Part shown: in pieces, positions 1 through 9,911 of the stretch | How the letters are laid out: every line of letters begins with the position of its first letter | Position numbering within the stretch: position 1 is the first letter of the stretch | NCBI GenBank assembly: GCA_964434255.1 | Contig: CAYSUL010000001.1 | Coordinates: 104,856-168,855, forward strand | From: an uncultured Candidatus Saccharibacteria bacterium | GTDB lineage: Bacteria > Patescibacteriota > Minisyncoccia > Phycocordibacterales > Phycocordibacteraceae | Length of the DNA stretch: 64,000 nucleotides | Direction: 5' to 3' | Program-made: the position numbers and the translations under genes | The notes under the pieces: model-generated | What the model was told of the DNA's origin: nothing | What the model saw: the letters and a program-made list of their open reading frames with translations, nothing else | Databases searched by the model: none

Positions 1-114
1 TTCCAAGTGCTTATCCTCCTTGGTGAACGCAGGGAACGAGAAGCCGAGAAGCGAATAGAAGTTCACTGTGCTCCCGAAGTCCGAACTCGTTACCCCAATG
101 GCGTCCAGTCGCAT
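1..114 (-). CDS. VOC/glyoxalase family protein, N-terminal part (runs off window)
   Basis: Manual translation MRLDAIGVTSSDFGSTVNFYSLLGFSF..., typical VOC start with FY..LG motif. Confidence 0.6.
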   Translation of the reverse strand, partial: MRLDAIGVTSSDFGSTVNFYSLLGFSFPAFTKEDKHLE

Positions 115-123
115 AGGCGAGGA

Positions 124-1338
124 TTAAAGCTCGTCAACCGCGTCGTCGGCGAGATTGCGCGCATCCTTCGCGAGGTCCATGGCTTCGTCATAGTCCTCGT
201 CATCGTATGCTTCTTCCGCTTGCTCGAAGGTATCCTCCGCTTCCTCGAGGAGCTCCTGAGCATCGTCGACATCATCGCCGTCGTCCTCCGCTTCCTCTAT
301 CGCCTCCTGTGCGTCATTGATAGCGTTCTCCGCCTTGTCGAGCTCCTTCTTCGCGGACTGCTTCTCGCTTGAGCCTATAGCGTCTATGGCATCATCGACC
401 AAGTCGTCCGCTTCCTCCGCGAGATCCTTCGCATCGTCGAATTCTTCATCGTCGAATGCAGTTTGCGCTTGTTCGAGCATGTCCTCCGCTTCCTTGAGCG
501 TATCTTCCGCCTCATCCGTCTCCTTGTCGTCATCCTTCGCGTCGTCCAGGGTTTCCCATGCCTGCTCTATGCGCTCTTCCAGATCGTCGAGGAAGTCCTC
601 GGCTTCGTCCTCCGACGAGACACCGCCCGCTTCCTCGAAGGCATCTTCGGCGTTGTCCTTCGCGTCATCGGCGTGCTCAAGCGCCTTTGCGTAGTCTTTC
701 CTGAAATACGCGACGACTGCCTCGAACAGGTCATCCTTCGCGTCCTCAACTTCCGCTTCTGCGGTTCCGATAGCTCTGCCCTCATCGGCTGCATCCTCTA
801 TCTCCTCCTCGGCTTCCTCGATAGCTTCGAGTGCCTGTTCTATCAGTGCACGTGCATCCTTATCGGACGCTGAAGCCGGCGCCGTGGTCTGGCTTCCTTT
901 GAGCGACTCCACCTGCGCAAGCAGCTGCGCGAGCTGGGCCTTGAGGGCCGCTTCGCTATCGGTCGCGGGCGTGGTCGGTGCAGGTGTCGTCGTCACTCCG
1001 CTCATGAGCGCTCCATACTTCTGGCGCGAGAGCGGCCCGAAGTATCCCGTTGCAGGCGAGAGACCGCTCGCGGTCTGCCACTTGATGAGGGCGAGCTTCG
1101 TCTTATCGCGGAACTGGGTGGTCTCCTTGCCGGGAGAGCCAACACCCTCGGTGCTTATGACGAAGCCTGCACCGTTCAGGTACTTCTGGAGGCAGCGTAT
1201 GTCCTCACCGTCCTGGCCTAGCTCGAGATCGCGCTTGAAATCACACGTGGGCACAGCCGCAGAAACGGGCATCGAGAGGACGAACGAGAGGGCTATGGCG
1301 AATAGAGTGGCGAGAGGAAGGACTCTTGAGACGGTCAT
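124..1338 (-). CDS. Secreted peptidoglycan-binding domain protein with acidic helical repeats
   Basis: Signal peptide; PG-binding motif (DLELGQDGEDIRCLQKYLN...TGYFGPLSR); Asp/Glu/Ala-rich repeated C-terminus. Confidence 0.8.
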   Translation of the reverse strand: MTVSRVLPLATLFAIALSFVLSMPVSAAVPTCDFKRDLELGQDGEDIRCLQKYLNGAGFVISTEGVGSPGKETTQFRDKTKLALIKWQTASGLSPATGYFGPLSRQKYGALMSGVTTTPAPTTPATDSEAALKAQLAQLLAQVESLKGSQTTAPASASDKDARALIEQALEAIEEAEEEIEDAADEGRAIGTAEAEVEDAKDDLFEAVVAYFRKDYAKALEHADDAKDNAEDAFEEAGGVSSEDEAEDFLDDLEERIEQAWETLDDAKDDDKETDEAEDTLKEAEDMLEQAQTAFDDEEFDDAKDLAEEADDLVDDAIDAIGSSEKQSAKKELDKAENAINDAQEAIEEAEDDGDDVDDAQELLEEAEDTFEQAEEAYDDEDYDEAMDLAKDARNLADDAVDEL

Positions 1339-1443
1339 AGGGAGGGACGGATTAGTAAGACGAACGTTGTATGCCGTCTATGATAGAACGCGGCCGCGCT
1401 CTTAACAACACGGTCGCGCTTCATTAAGCGTGGCTATCGGCTG

Positions 1444-2355
1444 CTAGGGAGCGGTTCCTTCGTACGCAGCCTCGAGCGCGGCGAGATCAAACTTCTTCAT
1501 CGCAAGGAAGGCTTTCGTGACGCGCTCTATCTGCTCGGGGGTTCCTGCCCGCATCATCTCATTCATCCTGGTCGGGACTATCTGCCATGCGACACCGTGA
1601 ACGTCCTTGAGCCATCCGCACTGCTCCGCTTCTGGCACAAAAGAAAGCCGTTCCCAGTAATAATCGATCTCTTCTTGGGAGTCACACTCGACCATGAGCG
1701 AGACGGCCTCGTTGAAGGCGAAGTCGTGCTGGTGGGCGCTCTCCATCGCCGCGAACCATTGCCCCTCAAGCTGGAAATCCGTGAACATGACCGCCCCCTC
1801 CTTATCCGGCTCCATGCCTGCGGGGTACCGCGCGAGCGTGCCGCGTTTCGAATCCTTGAAGATAGAGAGATAGAAATCAGTCGCCTCCTCGGCCTTGCCG
1901 TATGCGTCCTTAACGAACATGAAGAAAGGAATGATGAACGGGCGCTCCTCCCCTTCAGGGTTCGTGAGCATGAGCTGCCAGGACACCCCATACTTATCCT
2001 GTATCCATCCGTACCGCTTGCTGAACGGATACTCGTCGAGCGGCATGAGCGCTTTCCCGCCGCTCGAGAGCTTCTCCCAGAGCTCGTCGAGATGCTCGAG
2101 CGCCTCTGCGTCCCTCGAAGGATCGAAATTCAACAGGAAGGATATCGAGGGATTGAGCTTGAAATAGGGCCCGGCGCTGATGGCCATGAACGAATAGCCG
2201 GACAGGTCGAACGAGACGGTATCGGCATCGCCGGACGGCGTGTCGTGAAGCGTCGTTACATTCGTGATCTTGGAGTCCTTGAAGGCCGAGACGTAGAATT
2301 CTGCAGCCTCCTTCGCTTCCGTATCGAACCAGAGGTGCGGGATTATCTTTTGCAT
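1444..2355 (-). CDS. VOC/PhnB-like (3-demethylubiquinone-9 3-methyltransferase-like) two-domain protein
   Basis: MQKIIPHLWFD, DKYGVSWQ, QCGWLKD.HGVAWQI motifs; start moved to ATG at 2355. Confidence 0.85.
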   Translation of the reverse strand: MQKIIPHLWFDTEAKEAAEFYVSAFKDSKITNVTTLHDTPSGDADTVSFDLSGYSFMAISAGPYFKLNPSISFLLNFDPSRDAEALEHLDELWEKLSSGGKALMPLDEYPFSKRYGWIQDKYGVSWQLMLTNPEGEERPFIIPFFMFVKDAYGKAEEATDFYLSIFKDSKRGTLARYPAGMEPDKEGAVMFTDFQLEGQWFAAMESAHQHDFAFNEAVSLMVECDSQEEIDYYWERLSFVPEAEQCGWLKDVHGVAWQIVPTRMNEMMRAGTPEQIERVTKAFLAMKKFDLAALEAAYEGTAP

Positions 2356-2556
2356 ATGCTCGAATCGTATCACGCAGCGCTGTACGAATCGTGAAGCCGC
2401 AGCGATACTAGACGATTCCATGAGCCCTGCTGCTACCGCCTGCGCGCCGTCCGGAGCTCGAATACCTGGTTCCTGACGTGCTCTTTCATGCACATGAACG
2501 GTACCGATAAGGAGCGGGGGCGTTAACTAGTACTGCGAGCGCTTCGCGTGCCGTAT

Positions 2557-2946
2557 CTATGCTTCGAACGTGACCTGGAAGCTGTACATCCCCATGGCGC
2601 AGACCCCTTGCAGCGTGCTGCCTATCTTCTGCGGAGGCACCGTGACTTCGGTAACGCCGCTCGGCTCCATGGTCGTGCTATAGCCGAGACTCGGGATGCG
2701 GATGGCGGCCGAACAATCGTAGGTGCCGCTCGTCTTCACCCGAAGCACGGTGGGAACATCCGCTCGGGCGGTGCTCAGCTTGGGCGCATAGCCCCCCTTC
2801 GCATCGATCTCGATGACCTGCGTCTCCCCTTCCATGCGGACGTTAGCTGCTTGAGCTACGGGCTCGCCTTTGCTGGCGAACATCACGGCCCCACCGATAA
2901 CGAAGGCTGCGATGAGTATGGACGCCATAAGCGGAAGCTGCTTCAT
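2557..2946 (-). CDS. Cupredoxin-domain protein (CupA-like)
   Basis: KGGYAP, C and CAMGMY motifs; N-terminal membrane anchor; in copper operon. Confidence 0.8.
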   Translation of the reverse strand: MKQLPLMASILIAAFVIGGAVMFASKGEPVAQAANVRMEGETQVIEIDAKGGYAPKLSTARADVPTVLRVKTSGTYDCSAAIRIPSLGYSTTMEPSGVTEVTVPPQKIGSTLQGVCAMGMYSFQVTFEA

Positions 2947-2958
2947 ATGCCGATTGTA

Positions 2959-3975
2959 CTAGAAACTGATAAGCGGTGGAATGAGCCCTGCAGCCACCAG
3001 GCTATTCATGAGATTGAAGAGCCCGAAGAATATCACCACGAGCCCCGCCGTCTTATAGAACACGCCGGTCTGCATCTTCTTGAGGCTAAGCGCGCCGAAC
3101 GAGAGGAACGCGAGCACCGGAAGCGTGCCGAGCGCGAAGATGGTCATGGTGAGCGCTCCGGTAAGGAAGCTTCCCGTGGTGAGCGTATAGAGCTGCATCG
3201 ACTGCGTGAACCCGCAGGGCAGGAAGAAGGTCGCTGCACCGATGAGGAACGGCATGAAGGCATTGTTCACGCTCTTCAGGGCTCCTATCCGCTTGGCGAA
3301 CGCGCTCGGGAGCGCAAGCTGGAACTTCTTGGTGGCCGGCAGCACATCGAGCAGGTTGATGCCGAGGATGAGAAGGACGACCGCAACGATGAGGCCGAGC
3401 ACGAATGTGCCCGTCCCGCCGAGCACGAAGAACGAGCCGAGCGCTCCGATGGCCCCGCCGAGCACGAAGAACGAGACGAGGCGGCCGATATGGAATAGCA
3501 CCTGCGGCCCTGTGCCCTTCCCCTCCTTGGCATACGTCGCTGACATCGAGAGCACGAGGCCGCCCACGACCGCCATGCAGGTGGAGACCGAGGCGATGAG
3601 GCCGATCACGAACGCGGTCGTATACGTCATGTCTCCCGTCCCGGCGAGGTTCACGATGCCGAGCTTCTGCAGCACGATGAACAGGGCGATGAAGACGGCC
3701 GCAGCAGGAACGGCATAGGTGAAGTCCGCCCAGCGCACCTGATGCTTCTTCCGTTCCAGACTCACCGTGTATCCGTGCCTTGCGAGCGGTTCGGTCAGGT
3801 ATGCCGCAATCTCTAGAGGCGTGCGGTCGCCGAACTCCCCAGCGACGTCGACCGTATGGGTAGCGAGCGACGACTCCGCATGCGTGACCTCCGGCAGGTC
3901 CATGAGCTCTCCCTCGGTGAGGGCGATGCATGCCTTGCAGTGCATGCCGTGGACGTGAAAGGTATAGGTTTCCAT
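2959..3975 (-). CDS. HMA domain fused to TauE/DsbD_2-like membrane protein
   Basis: GMHCKAC HMA motif; STCMAVVGG and FFLPCGFTQSMQ motifs. Confidence 0.8.
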   Translation of the reverse strand: METYTFHVHGMHCKACIALTEGELMDLPEVTHAESSLATHTVDVAGEFGDRTPLEIAAYLTEPLARHGYTVSLERKKHQVRWADFTYAVPAAAVFIALFIVLQKLGIVNLAGTGDMTYTTAFVIGLIASVSTCMAVVGGLVLSMSATYAKEGKGTGPQVLFHIGRLVSFFVLGGAIGALGSFFVLGGTGTFVLGLIVAVVLLILGINLLDVLPATKKFQLALPSAFAKRIGALKSVNNAFMPFLIGAATFFLPCGFTQSMQLYTLTTGSFLTGALTMTIFALGTLPVLAFLSFGALSLKKMQTGVFYKTAGLVVIFFGLFNLMNSLVAAGLIPPLISF

Positions 3976-3977
3976 AG

Positions 3978-6272
3978 CTAGAGCGTAACGGCCTTTAATC
4001 GAAGCGAATTGAGCACCACCGACACGCTCGAGAGCGCCATCGCGAGCCCCGCGATGACCGGGGACAAGAGTATCCCGAAGAACGGAAACAGGATGCCGGC
4101 AGCGATAGGAATACCGACGAGGTTGTAGAAGAATGCCCAGAACAGGTTCTGCTTGATGCCGCGCATCGTGAGGCGCGAGAGCTTTATGGCCTTCACAAGC
4201 TTCCCGATATCGCCTCCAAGGAGCGTGATCCCGGCCGTTTCTATCGCAACGTCCGTGCCCGTGCCCCTGGCCCTGCCTACAGCCGCTTGCGCGAGCGCCG
4301 GGGCATCGTTGCCGCCATCGCCCGCCATGGCCACGACATCCCCCTTCGCCTGGGTCCCCCGTAACGCTTCGAGCTTCACGTCGGTCCGGACTTCGGCCCC
4401 CGCCCCCTCCAGTCCCAACTCTCGGGCGAAAGCCGCTGCCGTTTGTTTATTATCGCCGGTAAGCATGACTATCGTGATGCCCATATGGTGCAGCGCCGCC
4501 ACTGCCGCTACGGACTCGGGCTTTATCGCGTCTGCGACGAGCACCAGAGCGATTATCTCTTTTTTGGTCGCGAGAACGATCGGCGTCCGTCCTTTAGCCG
4601 TATGCATCGCGAGCGAGTCCGTATCGAGCGGAAGCTTGAGATCACCGATGAGCTTCGTATTGCCCGCGAAGTATTCCGTTCCCTCCACGAGAGCTCGGAC
4701 CCCCTTCCCTTGGATGACTTCGAACCGCTCCGTCCGCACGGGCTCGACCGAGCGCTCGTGCGCATACGCGAGGACAGCCGTTGCGACCGGGTGCTCGGAC
4801 TTCTGCTCAAGCGAGGCGAGTATCCGTAGCACGTCCGTCTCGGTATGGTTCCCGTACGCCTCCACCACGACCACTTCGGGCTTTCCCTTCGTGATCGTGC
4901 CGGTCTTATCGACAACGATAGTATCCACCTCCTGGAGCTTCTGGAGCGTCGCGGCGTCCTTGATGAGGATGCCCTCCTGCGCTCCCTTGCCCACGCCCAC
5001 GATAACGGCGATAGGCGTCGCGAGCCCGAGCGCGCACGGGCACGCAATGACGAGGATGCCGACGAAGGACGTAAGGCCGAGCGAGAGCGCTGCAGCGAAC
5101 CCGAGCGCGGGTATGCCAAGGACAAGCCATGCCGCAAGTACGAGCACCGCGAATACGAGCACGATCGGGACGAAGACGCTCGAGAGCTTGTCGGCGAGCC
5201 CCTGTATAGGCGCCTTGCTGCCCTGCGCTTCGCCTACCATCCGTATGATGCTTGCAAGCAGGGTTTCAGAACCGACCTTCGTCGCCTTGAATATGAAATG
5301 GCCGTTCGTGTTTAGCGTGCCTGCCACGACGGTATCTCCCGGGTTTTTCTCCGCCGGCATCGGCTCGCCCGTGACCATGGACTCGTCTACGTACGAACTT
5401 CCTTCGGTGAGCACGCCGTCGACCGGAATCTTCCCGCCGGGCCGCACGACGACGAGGTCGCCATGCGTCACCTGGTCTACTGGAACGGACACCTCCTTCC
5501 CGTCCCGCATCAGGAATGCGGTCTTCGCCTGGAGGTTGAGCAGTTTCTCGATGGCGTCGCCGGTCTTGAGCTTCGAACGGGCTTCGAGGTATTTGCCGAG
5601 CGCGATGAATGCGATCACGACGATCGTGACGTCGTAGTAGGTTTGGTCGACGTTCAGCAGGCCTCGGAGCGGCTCCTCGAAGGCTGTAAGGATGAAGCTG
5701 TAGAGGAACGCGACCGAGGTGCCGATGCCGATGAGCGTATCCATGTTCGCCTTGCCGTAGCGGACGAAGCGGTAGAAGCCGAGCAGATAGGGCTTCCCTA
5801 CCACCACCATGGTGTAGGTCGCGAAGATAGGCAGGAGATGGTGGAAGAACTCGTACCAGATCAGAGGCATGGCAGCGAGCACACCGAACTCTCCCAGCAT
5901 CTCCCAACCCATGACGAAGACGCTGAACGCAGCGAGCGGCAGCACCGAGAGCACCTTCCATTGCATATCCTTAATCTCTTCGAGCTTCTCCGCCTTCGAT
6001 TGAGTGATGCCGGTGTGCGCGGCATGCTCGTCAGGGGACATATTCATGCTTTCGGCGGTAGGCACGACGAGCGAGTAGCCGAGGGGTTGTATCTGTTTGG
6101 AAAGCTCGTGGGGGTCCGTCTTCGACTCGTCGAACGCAATCTTCGCCGTTTCGGTGCCGTAACTGACTTCGACGTGCTCCACGCCCGCCACCTTCTTGAC
6201 CGCTCGCTCGATGATGCTCGCGCAGGAGGCGCAGTGCATTCCCTTGATCCGGTAGGTCTTATGGTCGCTCAT
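3978..6272 (-). CDS. copA: Cu(I)-translocating P1B-type ATPase
   Basis: [36 protein letters not shown] and MALSS motifs; the GDGxND region is locally degenerate. Confidence 0.93.
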   Translation of the reverse strand: MSDHKTYRIKGMHCASCASIIERAVKKVAGVEHVEVSYGTETAKIAFDESKTDPHELSKQIQPLGYSLVVPTAESMNMSPDEHAAHTGITQSKAEKLEEIKDMQWKVLSVLPLAAFSVFVMGWEMLGEFGVLAAMPLIWYEFFHHLLPIFATYTMVVVGKPYLLGFYRFVRYGKANMDTLIGIGTSVAFLYSFILTAFEEPLRGLLNVDQTYYDVTIVVIAFIALGKYLEARSKLKTGDAIEKLLNLQAKTAFLMRDGKEVSVPVDQVTHGDLVVVRPGGKIPVDGVLTEGSSYVDESMVTGEPMPAEKNPGDTVVAGTLNTNGHFIFKATKVGSETLLASIIRMVGEAQGSKAPIQGLADKLSSVFVPIVLVFAVLVLAAWLVLGIPALGFAAALSLGLTSFVGILVIACPCALGLATPIAVIVGVGKGAQEGILIKDAATLQKLQEVDTIVVDKTGTITKGKPEVVVVEAYGNHTETDVLRILASLEQKSEHPVATAVLAYAHERSVEPVRTERFEVIQGKGVRALVEGTEYFAGNTKLIGDLKLPLDTDSLAMHTAKGRTPIVLATKKEIIALVLVADAIKPESVAAVAALHHMGITIVMLTGDNKQTAAAFARELGLEGAGAEVRTDVKLEALRGTQAKGDVVAMAGDGGNDAPALAQAAVGRARGTGTDVAIETAGITLLGGDIGKLVKAIKLSRLTMRGIKQNLFWAFFYNLVGIPIAAGILFPFFGILLSPVIAGLAMALSSVSVVLNSLRLKAVTL

Positions 6273-6278
6273 AGTATT

Positions 6279-6545
6279 TTATTTACGCTTCAGGCGATAC
6301 ACGGCAAGAATCTCCTTCTTCGCCTTCGCGATATTCCCAGCCTTGATCTGCTTCGACGCGCAGGTGTCGAGATGGTTCTCGAGGAGCAGGTCCTCGACGC
6401 CGGACAGCGCGCTCTTTATCGCGGAGGTCTGGGTAATGACATCGATGCAGTAGGTTTCCTTCTCTACGAGCTCCTGCAGGCCCCGCACCTGGCCCTCGAT
6501 ACGACGCAGGCGATTCTGCAAAAGCTTTTTTGTTTCCGTCTTCAT
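6279..6545 (-). CDS. csoR: CsoR family copper-sensing repressor
   Basis: NRLRRIEGQVRGL...YCIDVITQ...ENHLDTC signature. Confidence 0.9.
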   Translation of the reverse strand: MKTETKKLLQNRLRRIEGQVRGLQELVEKETYCIDVITQTSAIKSALSGVEDLLLENHLDTCASKQIKAGNIAKAKKEILAVYRLKRK

Positions 6546-6550
6546 ATGCC

Positions 6551-6575
6551 CAATATACCCCCAGGGGGTATATTG
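6551..6575. promoter_or_regulatory. CsoR operator overlapping the csoR promoter
   Basis: Perfect inverted repeat CAATATACCCCC-A-GGGGGTATATTG (TAC-C tract-G tract-GTA); minus-strand TTGACA (6574-6579) and TATATT (6552-6557). Confidence 0.85.
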
Positions 6576-6608
6576 TCAACGGACAAGGATGCGCTACGCT
6601 ACGAGCAT

Positions 6609-7058
6609 ATGAACCACAGCAAGAACTACCACCGACTCGCACTCATGTTCGGACTCCACCTCATCGCGATGTACATCCTCATGTACGCGATGGTGAATAC
6701 CTTCGCAAACGCGGTCCCGAACCATAATCAGCTCTATATGGCCGTGCTCATGGCCTCCCCGATGCTCGTGCTCGAGCTCTGGCTCATGGGTTCTATGTAT
6801 CAGAATAAGAAGCTGAACGGCGGGATCATCATTGCAGGGCTTCTCTTGCTTGTTGGCTCGTTCTTTTTCATCCGGCAGCAGACCGCCATTGCCGACGAGC
6901 AGTTCTTAAAATCGATGATCCCCCACCATGCCGGGGCCATCCTCATGTGCGAAAAGGCCGATCTCACGGATCCTCAAATAAAAGAGCTGTGCGGGAATAT
7001 CGTATCCGGCCAGCAGGCGGAGATAGATTGGATGAGGGCGAAGCTGGAAACGCTATAG
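6609..7058 (+). CDS. DUF305 ferritin-like membrane protein
   Basis: FLKSMIPHHAGAILMC...IVSGQQAEIDWM motif; real start ATG 6609 lies inside the long ORF 5463..7058. Confidence 0.8.
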   Translation: MNHSKNYHRLALMFGLHLIAMYILMYAMVNTFANAVPNHNQLYMAVLMASPMLVLELWLMGSMYQNKKLNGGIIIAGLLLLVGSFFFIRQQTAIADEQFLKSMIPHHAGAILMCEKADLTDPQIKELCGNIVSGQQAEIDWMRAKLETL

Positions 7059-7460
7059 AGCTAGCTCGTCGGTAGTCCCGCCTTCGTAGTGCTCATCATC
7101 CTTCTCGGCGTCCTTCTTGGTCTTGTGGACTATCGCATCCTCGTGGTGGGGCGGCGCGTAGAGAGTATAGAGCTTGAGGGCATCGCTTGAGGACAGGTTC
7201 TTGATATTGTGGCGCACGCCCGCGGGGATCACCACTGCCGATCCGTCGGTGAGATCGCGCTCGACGCCATCGAGGACGCTCTGCCCTTCCCCTTCCTCGA
7301 TGCGGATGAACTGATCGACGTCATGCACCTCCTCCCCGATGTCTTCGCCCGCTGGGATCGACATAAGGACGAGCTGGCAGTGCTCTGCGGTATACAGCAC
7401 GCGCCTGAAGTCCTCGTTCTCAAGGGTCTCGGCTTCTATATTGGTTACGAATCCTTTCAT
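7053..7460 (-). CDS. Cupin domain protein
   Basis: NEDFRRVLYT...QLVLMS...IGEEVH..DQF...PAGVRHN...KLYTLYAPPHH. Confidence 0.85.
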   Translation of the reverse strand: MKGFVTNIEAETLENEDFRRVLYTAEHCQLVLMSIPAGEDIGEEVHDVDQFIRIEEGEGQSVLDGVERDLTDGSAVVIPAGVRHNIKNLSSSDALKLYTLYAPPHHEDAIVHKTKKDAEKDDEHYEGGTTDELAL

Positions 7461-7470
7461 ATGTATTTAG

Positions 7471-8139
7471 TTATTGCGCCGTATCCTGCAGGCGCATGCT
7501 GGTAACTATCTGATCGATATGTGTATCGGGTATCTCCGACTTTCCAGACCGGTCATACCACACGACGACGACCGGATAATCCGGGTTCTTCGTTTCGATG
7601 AAGTTGATGAAGAATACCTGGTCGTCGCATACCTCGAACCCATTGCAGGCAGGAGAGTAGCCGACCTTCACGTACTCAAGACCGTGCTCATTCGTCATCT
7701 TCGCGCAGGAAAGCGGGAGCGGGCCACGCGCGCAGAAATCCTCGATGTCCTTCTCGCTGAACGTGTCCTCATAGCGCCGCTCGCGTGGCAGCGGATGGAG
7801 CGAAAATAGGCGGCTCTCCGCCGAAAAGAACCAGCGCGGTTCGTTCGCGCGCGTCGTCCCGAGGTAGCGGTGCTCGCACCCGTCGCTTGCCGTCAGCAAG
7901 GAGTCGTCGCACTCACCAAGCTCCTGCGCTTCTTCCCTGATTTCGCCCAGCTCCGAGGAATACTCGAAGGCGATCCCCATGGCTGGGCTTGCATAGGTCT
8001 CGGTAGTCGGCACTGCGAGCGGGAACGTACCCCCTTCGCGGCGCACGCCAGCATAGAAGCTCATGCCAGCGATGAGGGTAAAGATGACGATGAAGAGCGC
8101 GATTCGTGCAGGGAGCGATTGTTTGATGTACGCGATCAT
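7471..8139 (-). CDS. Membrane-anchored Cys-rich hypothetical protein
   Basis: N-terminal TM helix, six Cys residues, tight spacing with neighbours. Confidence 0.6.
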   Translation of the reverse strand: MIAYIKQSLPARIALFIVIFTLIAGMSFYAGVRREGGTFPLAVPTTETYASPAMGIAFEYSSELGEIREEAQELGECDDSLLTASDGCEHRYLGTTRANEPRWFFSAESRLFSLHPLPRERRYEDTFSEKDIEDFCARGPLPLSCAKMTNEHGLEYVKVGYSPACNGFEVCDDQVFFINFIETKNPDYPVVVVWYDRSGKSEIPDTHIDQIVTSMRLQDTAQ

Positions 8140-8150
8140 AGGCCAAGTGA

Positions 8151-8915
8151 TTATGCGGCAAGCCAGCCGCCGTCCACATAGAATGTCGCGCCGGTCACGT
8201 AGCTCGCTTCATCCGAAGCGAGGAACACTACCATCGGGGCGACCTCGTCGGACGTACCGATCCGGCGCAGCGGCACATGCTGGGCAAGGAACGCATCCAT
8301 GTCTTCCTTGGAGAGACGACGGGCCCGGCTCATGTCCGTATCGATAGCTCCTGGTGCGACTGCATTAACGTTGATACCGAGCGGTGCCCACTCGGCTGCG
8401 AGGCTTTCGGTCATTGCGATGATGCCGCCCTTGGTCGCGGCGTAGTGCGCGCCGCCCACGAGCCCGACGCCCACCTGCCCGGATGCGACGGAGGCGATAT
8501 TGATGATCCTTCCTGACCCCTGCTTCGCCATTTCCTTCGCCGCACGTTGGGCGCACAGGAACTCGCCCCTGAGATTAACGCGCATGGTTTGCTCCCATTC
8601 CTCTTCCGTTATATCGAGTGCGGGCGTGGGGCGATATACACCTGCGTTATTCACGAGAATATCGAGCTTTCCCCAGGTTTCGACGGTCTTCGTGATGACT
8701 TCGTCGATCTGAGCCTTGTTAGCCACATCCATCGCAAAGCACAGCGCTTCTCCGCCTGCCGCAGTTATCTCGCCCGCGACCAGCGCGCAGCCATCGACTC
8801 CTACGTCGGTGACCACCACCCTGGCCCCCTGAGAAGCGAGCGCGAGCGCATGGGCACGCCCCATGCCTCGCTGAGCGCCCGTTACGAGTGCGACCTTACC
8901 GGTGAGATCAAACAT
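8151..8915 (-). CDS. SDR family NAD(P)-dependent oxidoreductase (FabG-like)
   Basis: VTGAQRGMG, NNAG, YAATK, VDGG motifs. Confidence 0.9.
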   Translation of the reverse strand: MFDLTGKVALVTGAQRGMGRAHALALASQGARVVVTDVGVDGCALVAGEITAAGGEALCFAMDVANKAQIDEVITKTVETWGKLDILVNNAGVYRPTPALDITEEEWEQTMRVNLRGEFLCAQRAAKEMAKQGSGRIINIASVASGQVGVGLVGGAHYAATKGGIIAMTESLAAEWAPLGINVNAVAPGAIDTDMSRARRLSKEDMDAFLAQHVPLRRIGTSDEVAPMVVFLASDEASYVTGATFYVDGGWLAA

Positions 8916-9000
8916 ATGTAGAGTGTAGCACCGCCTCCTATGGACCAATACGGGATATGGCTCGAAAGGGCCGCGGCCCGGGTAGTGTAGACTCTTGTAT

Positions 9001-9459
9001 ATGACCCAGGATCAAACAGGACGCGCCCGTTCGTTCCTATTGAAGAATACGACCGGGGTGCTCGCCACCGCCACACAAGGAGGAGGTGTGCGTGCTCGCA
9101 CCGTTCACTACGCCGCCAACGATGCCTTCGAGCTCTATTTCCTTACGCTCGCCGGTACGCGCAAGGTCGAGGATATCGCTGCGAATCCCCGGGCGGCCTT
9201 CGTGGTCTCGGATCCACAGGCTCCGTGGACGCTTCAGATTGAAGGCACCCTATCCGAGCAGCCTGACACGACCATTATCGACCCCATGGTCCAGAAGCTC
9301 ATGGACACCCTTATGGAGAAGGGCGACGCCTTTGCCCCGCTCACGCATCTTGATCCGAATAAGATCCTCTTCTACAAACTCACTCCTACCTGGATACGCC
9401 TCGGTGAGTTCGCTAGGGGCGAAGGTACGAAAGAGGTATTCTCGATGATCACTCCGTAG
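9001..9459 (+). CDS. Pyridoxamine 5'-phosphate oxidase-like FMN-binding protein
   Basis: GVLATA...RARTVHY...TRKVEDIAANPRAAF. Confidence 0.75.
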   Translation: MTQDQTGRARSFLLKNTTGVLATATQGGGVRARTVHYAANDAFELYFLTLAGTRKVEDIAANPRAAFVVSDPQAPWTLQIEGTLSEQPDTTIIDPMVQKLMDTLMEKGDAFAPLTHLDPNKILFYKLTPTWIRLGEFARGEGTKEVFSMITP

Positions 9460-9901
9460 GCGTCTTCTCGAACTCCCAAGGGCGCTCCTCCTCCCCTACC
9501 TTATGGAGGAACATGGACCGTGCGGTCTTCACGGCGAAATAGAACGCGAGCACGAGGAGCACGACCTCGACCTCGCGTACGAGAAGAAGCTGGAACGAGT
9601 CCCGCGCGTGATAGGTAATTGCCGTTGCCTCGACGAGAAGGGCCCCCACGCCTGCCGCCACTGCGTTGAGCACCATGACGACCTTGCTGTGGGGGTTGGT
9701 GAGGCCGGCTAAGAGCACGAGGATAAGGCCGCCGGCTATCTGAGTGAAAAGGCCGAACGGGAGCAAATCGCCCCATATCGGGAGCGCGACAAACGAGACC
9801 ACGGCGGCAGCAAGGAAGCAGAAGCGGACGTAGTCGCCGTAGTAATGCCGTATGCCGGGTTTTGGTTCGGTCATTTTATAGTCGGAGTAACCATCAGTCA
9901 T
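9449..9901 (-). CDS. Four-TM hypothetical membrane protein
   Basis: Four hydrophobic segments; convergent overlap with the neighbouring gene. Confidence 0.65.
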   Translation of the reverse strand: MTDGYSDYKMTEPKPGIRHYYGDYVRFCFLAAAVVSFVALPIWGDLLPFGLFTQIAGGLILVLLAGLTNPHSKVVMVLNAVAAGVGALLVEATAITYHARDSFQLLLVREVEVVLLVLAFYFAVKTARSMFLHKVGEEERPWEFEKTPTE

Positions 9902-9911
9902 ACGTAGAATA

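Noticed and set aside
4262-4430. Diversity-generating retroelement target in copA
   Set aside because: No reverse transcriptase or template repeat in the window, and the changes are not adenine-specific.
4153-5637. Long antisense ORFs (also 28145..29647, 46490..48112, 59906..61036 and others)
   Set aside because: Shadow frames of GC-rich, well-supported genes on the opposite strand; no motifs.
5463-6608. 531-aa plus-strand ORF 5463..7058
   Set aside because: The first 382 codons are antisense to copA/csoR; only the part from ATG 6609 is a real DUF305 gene.
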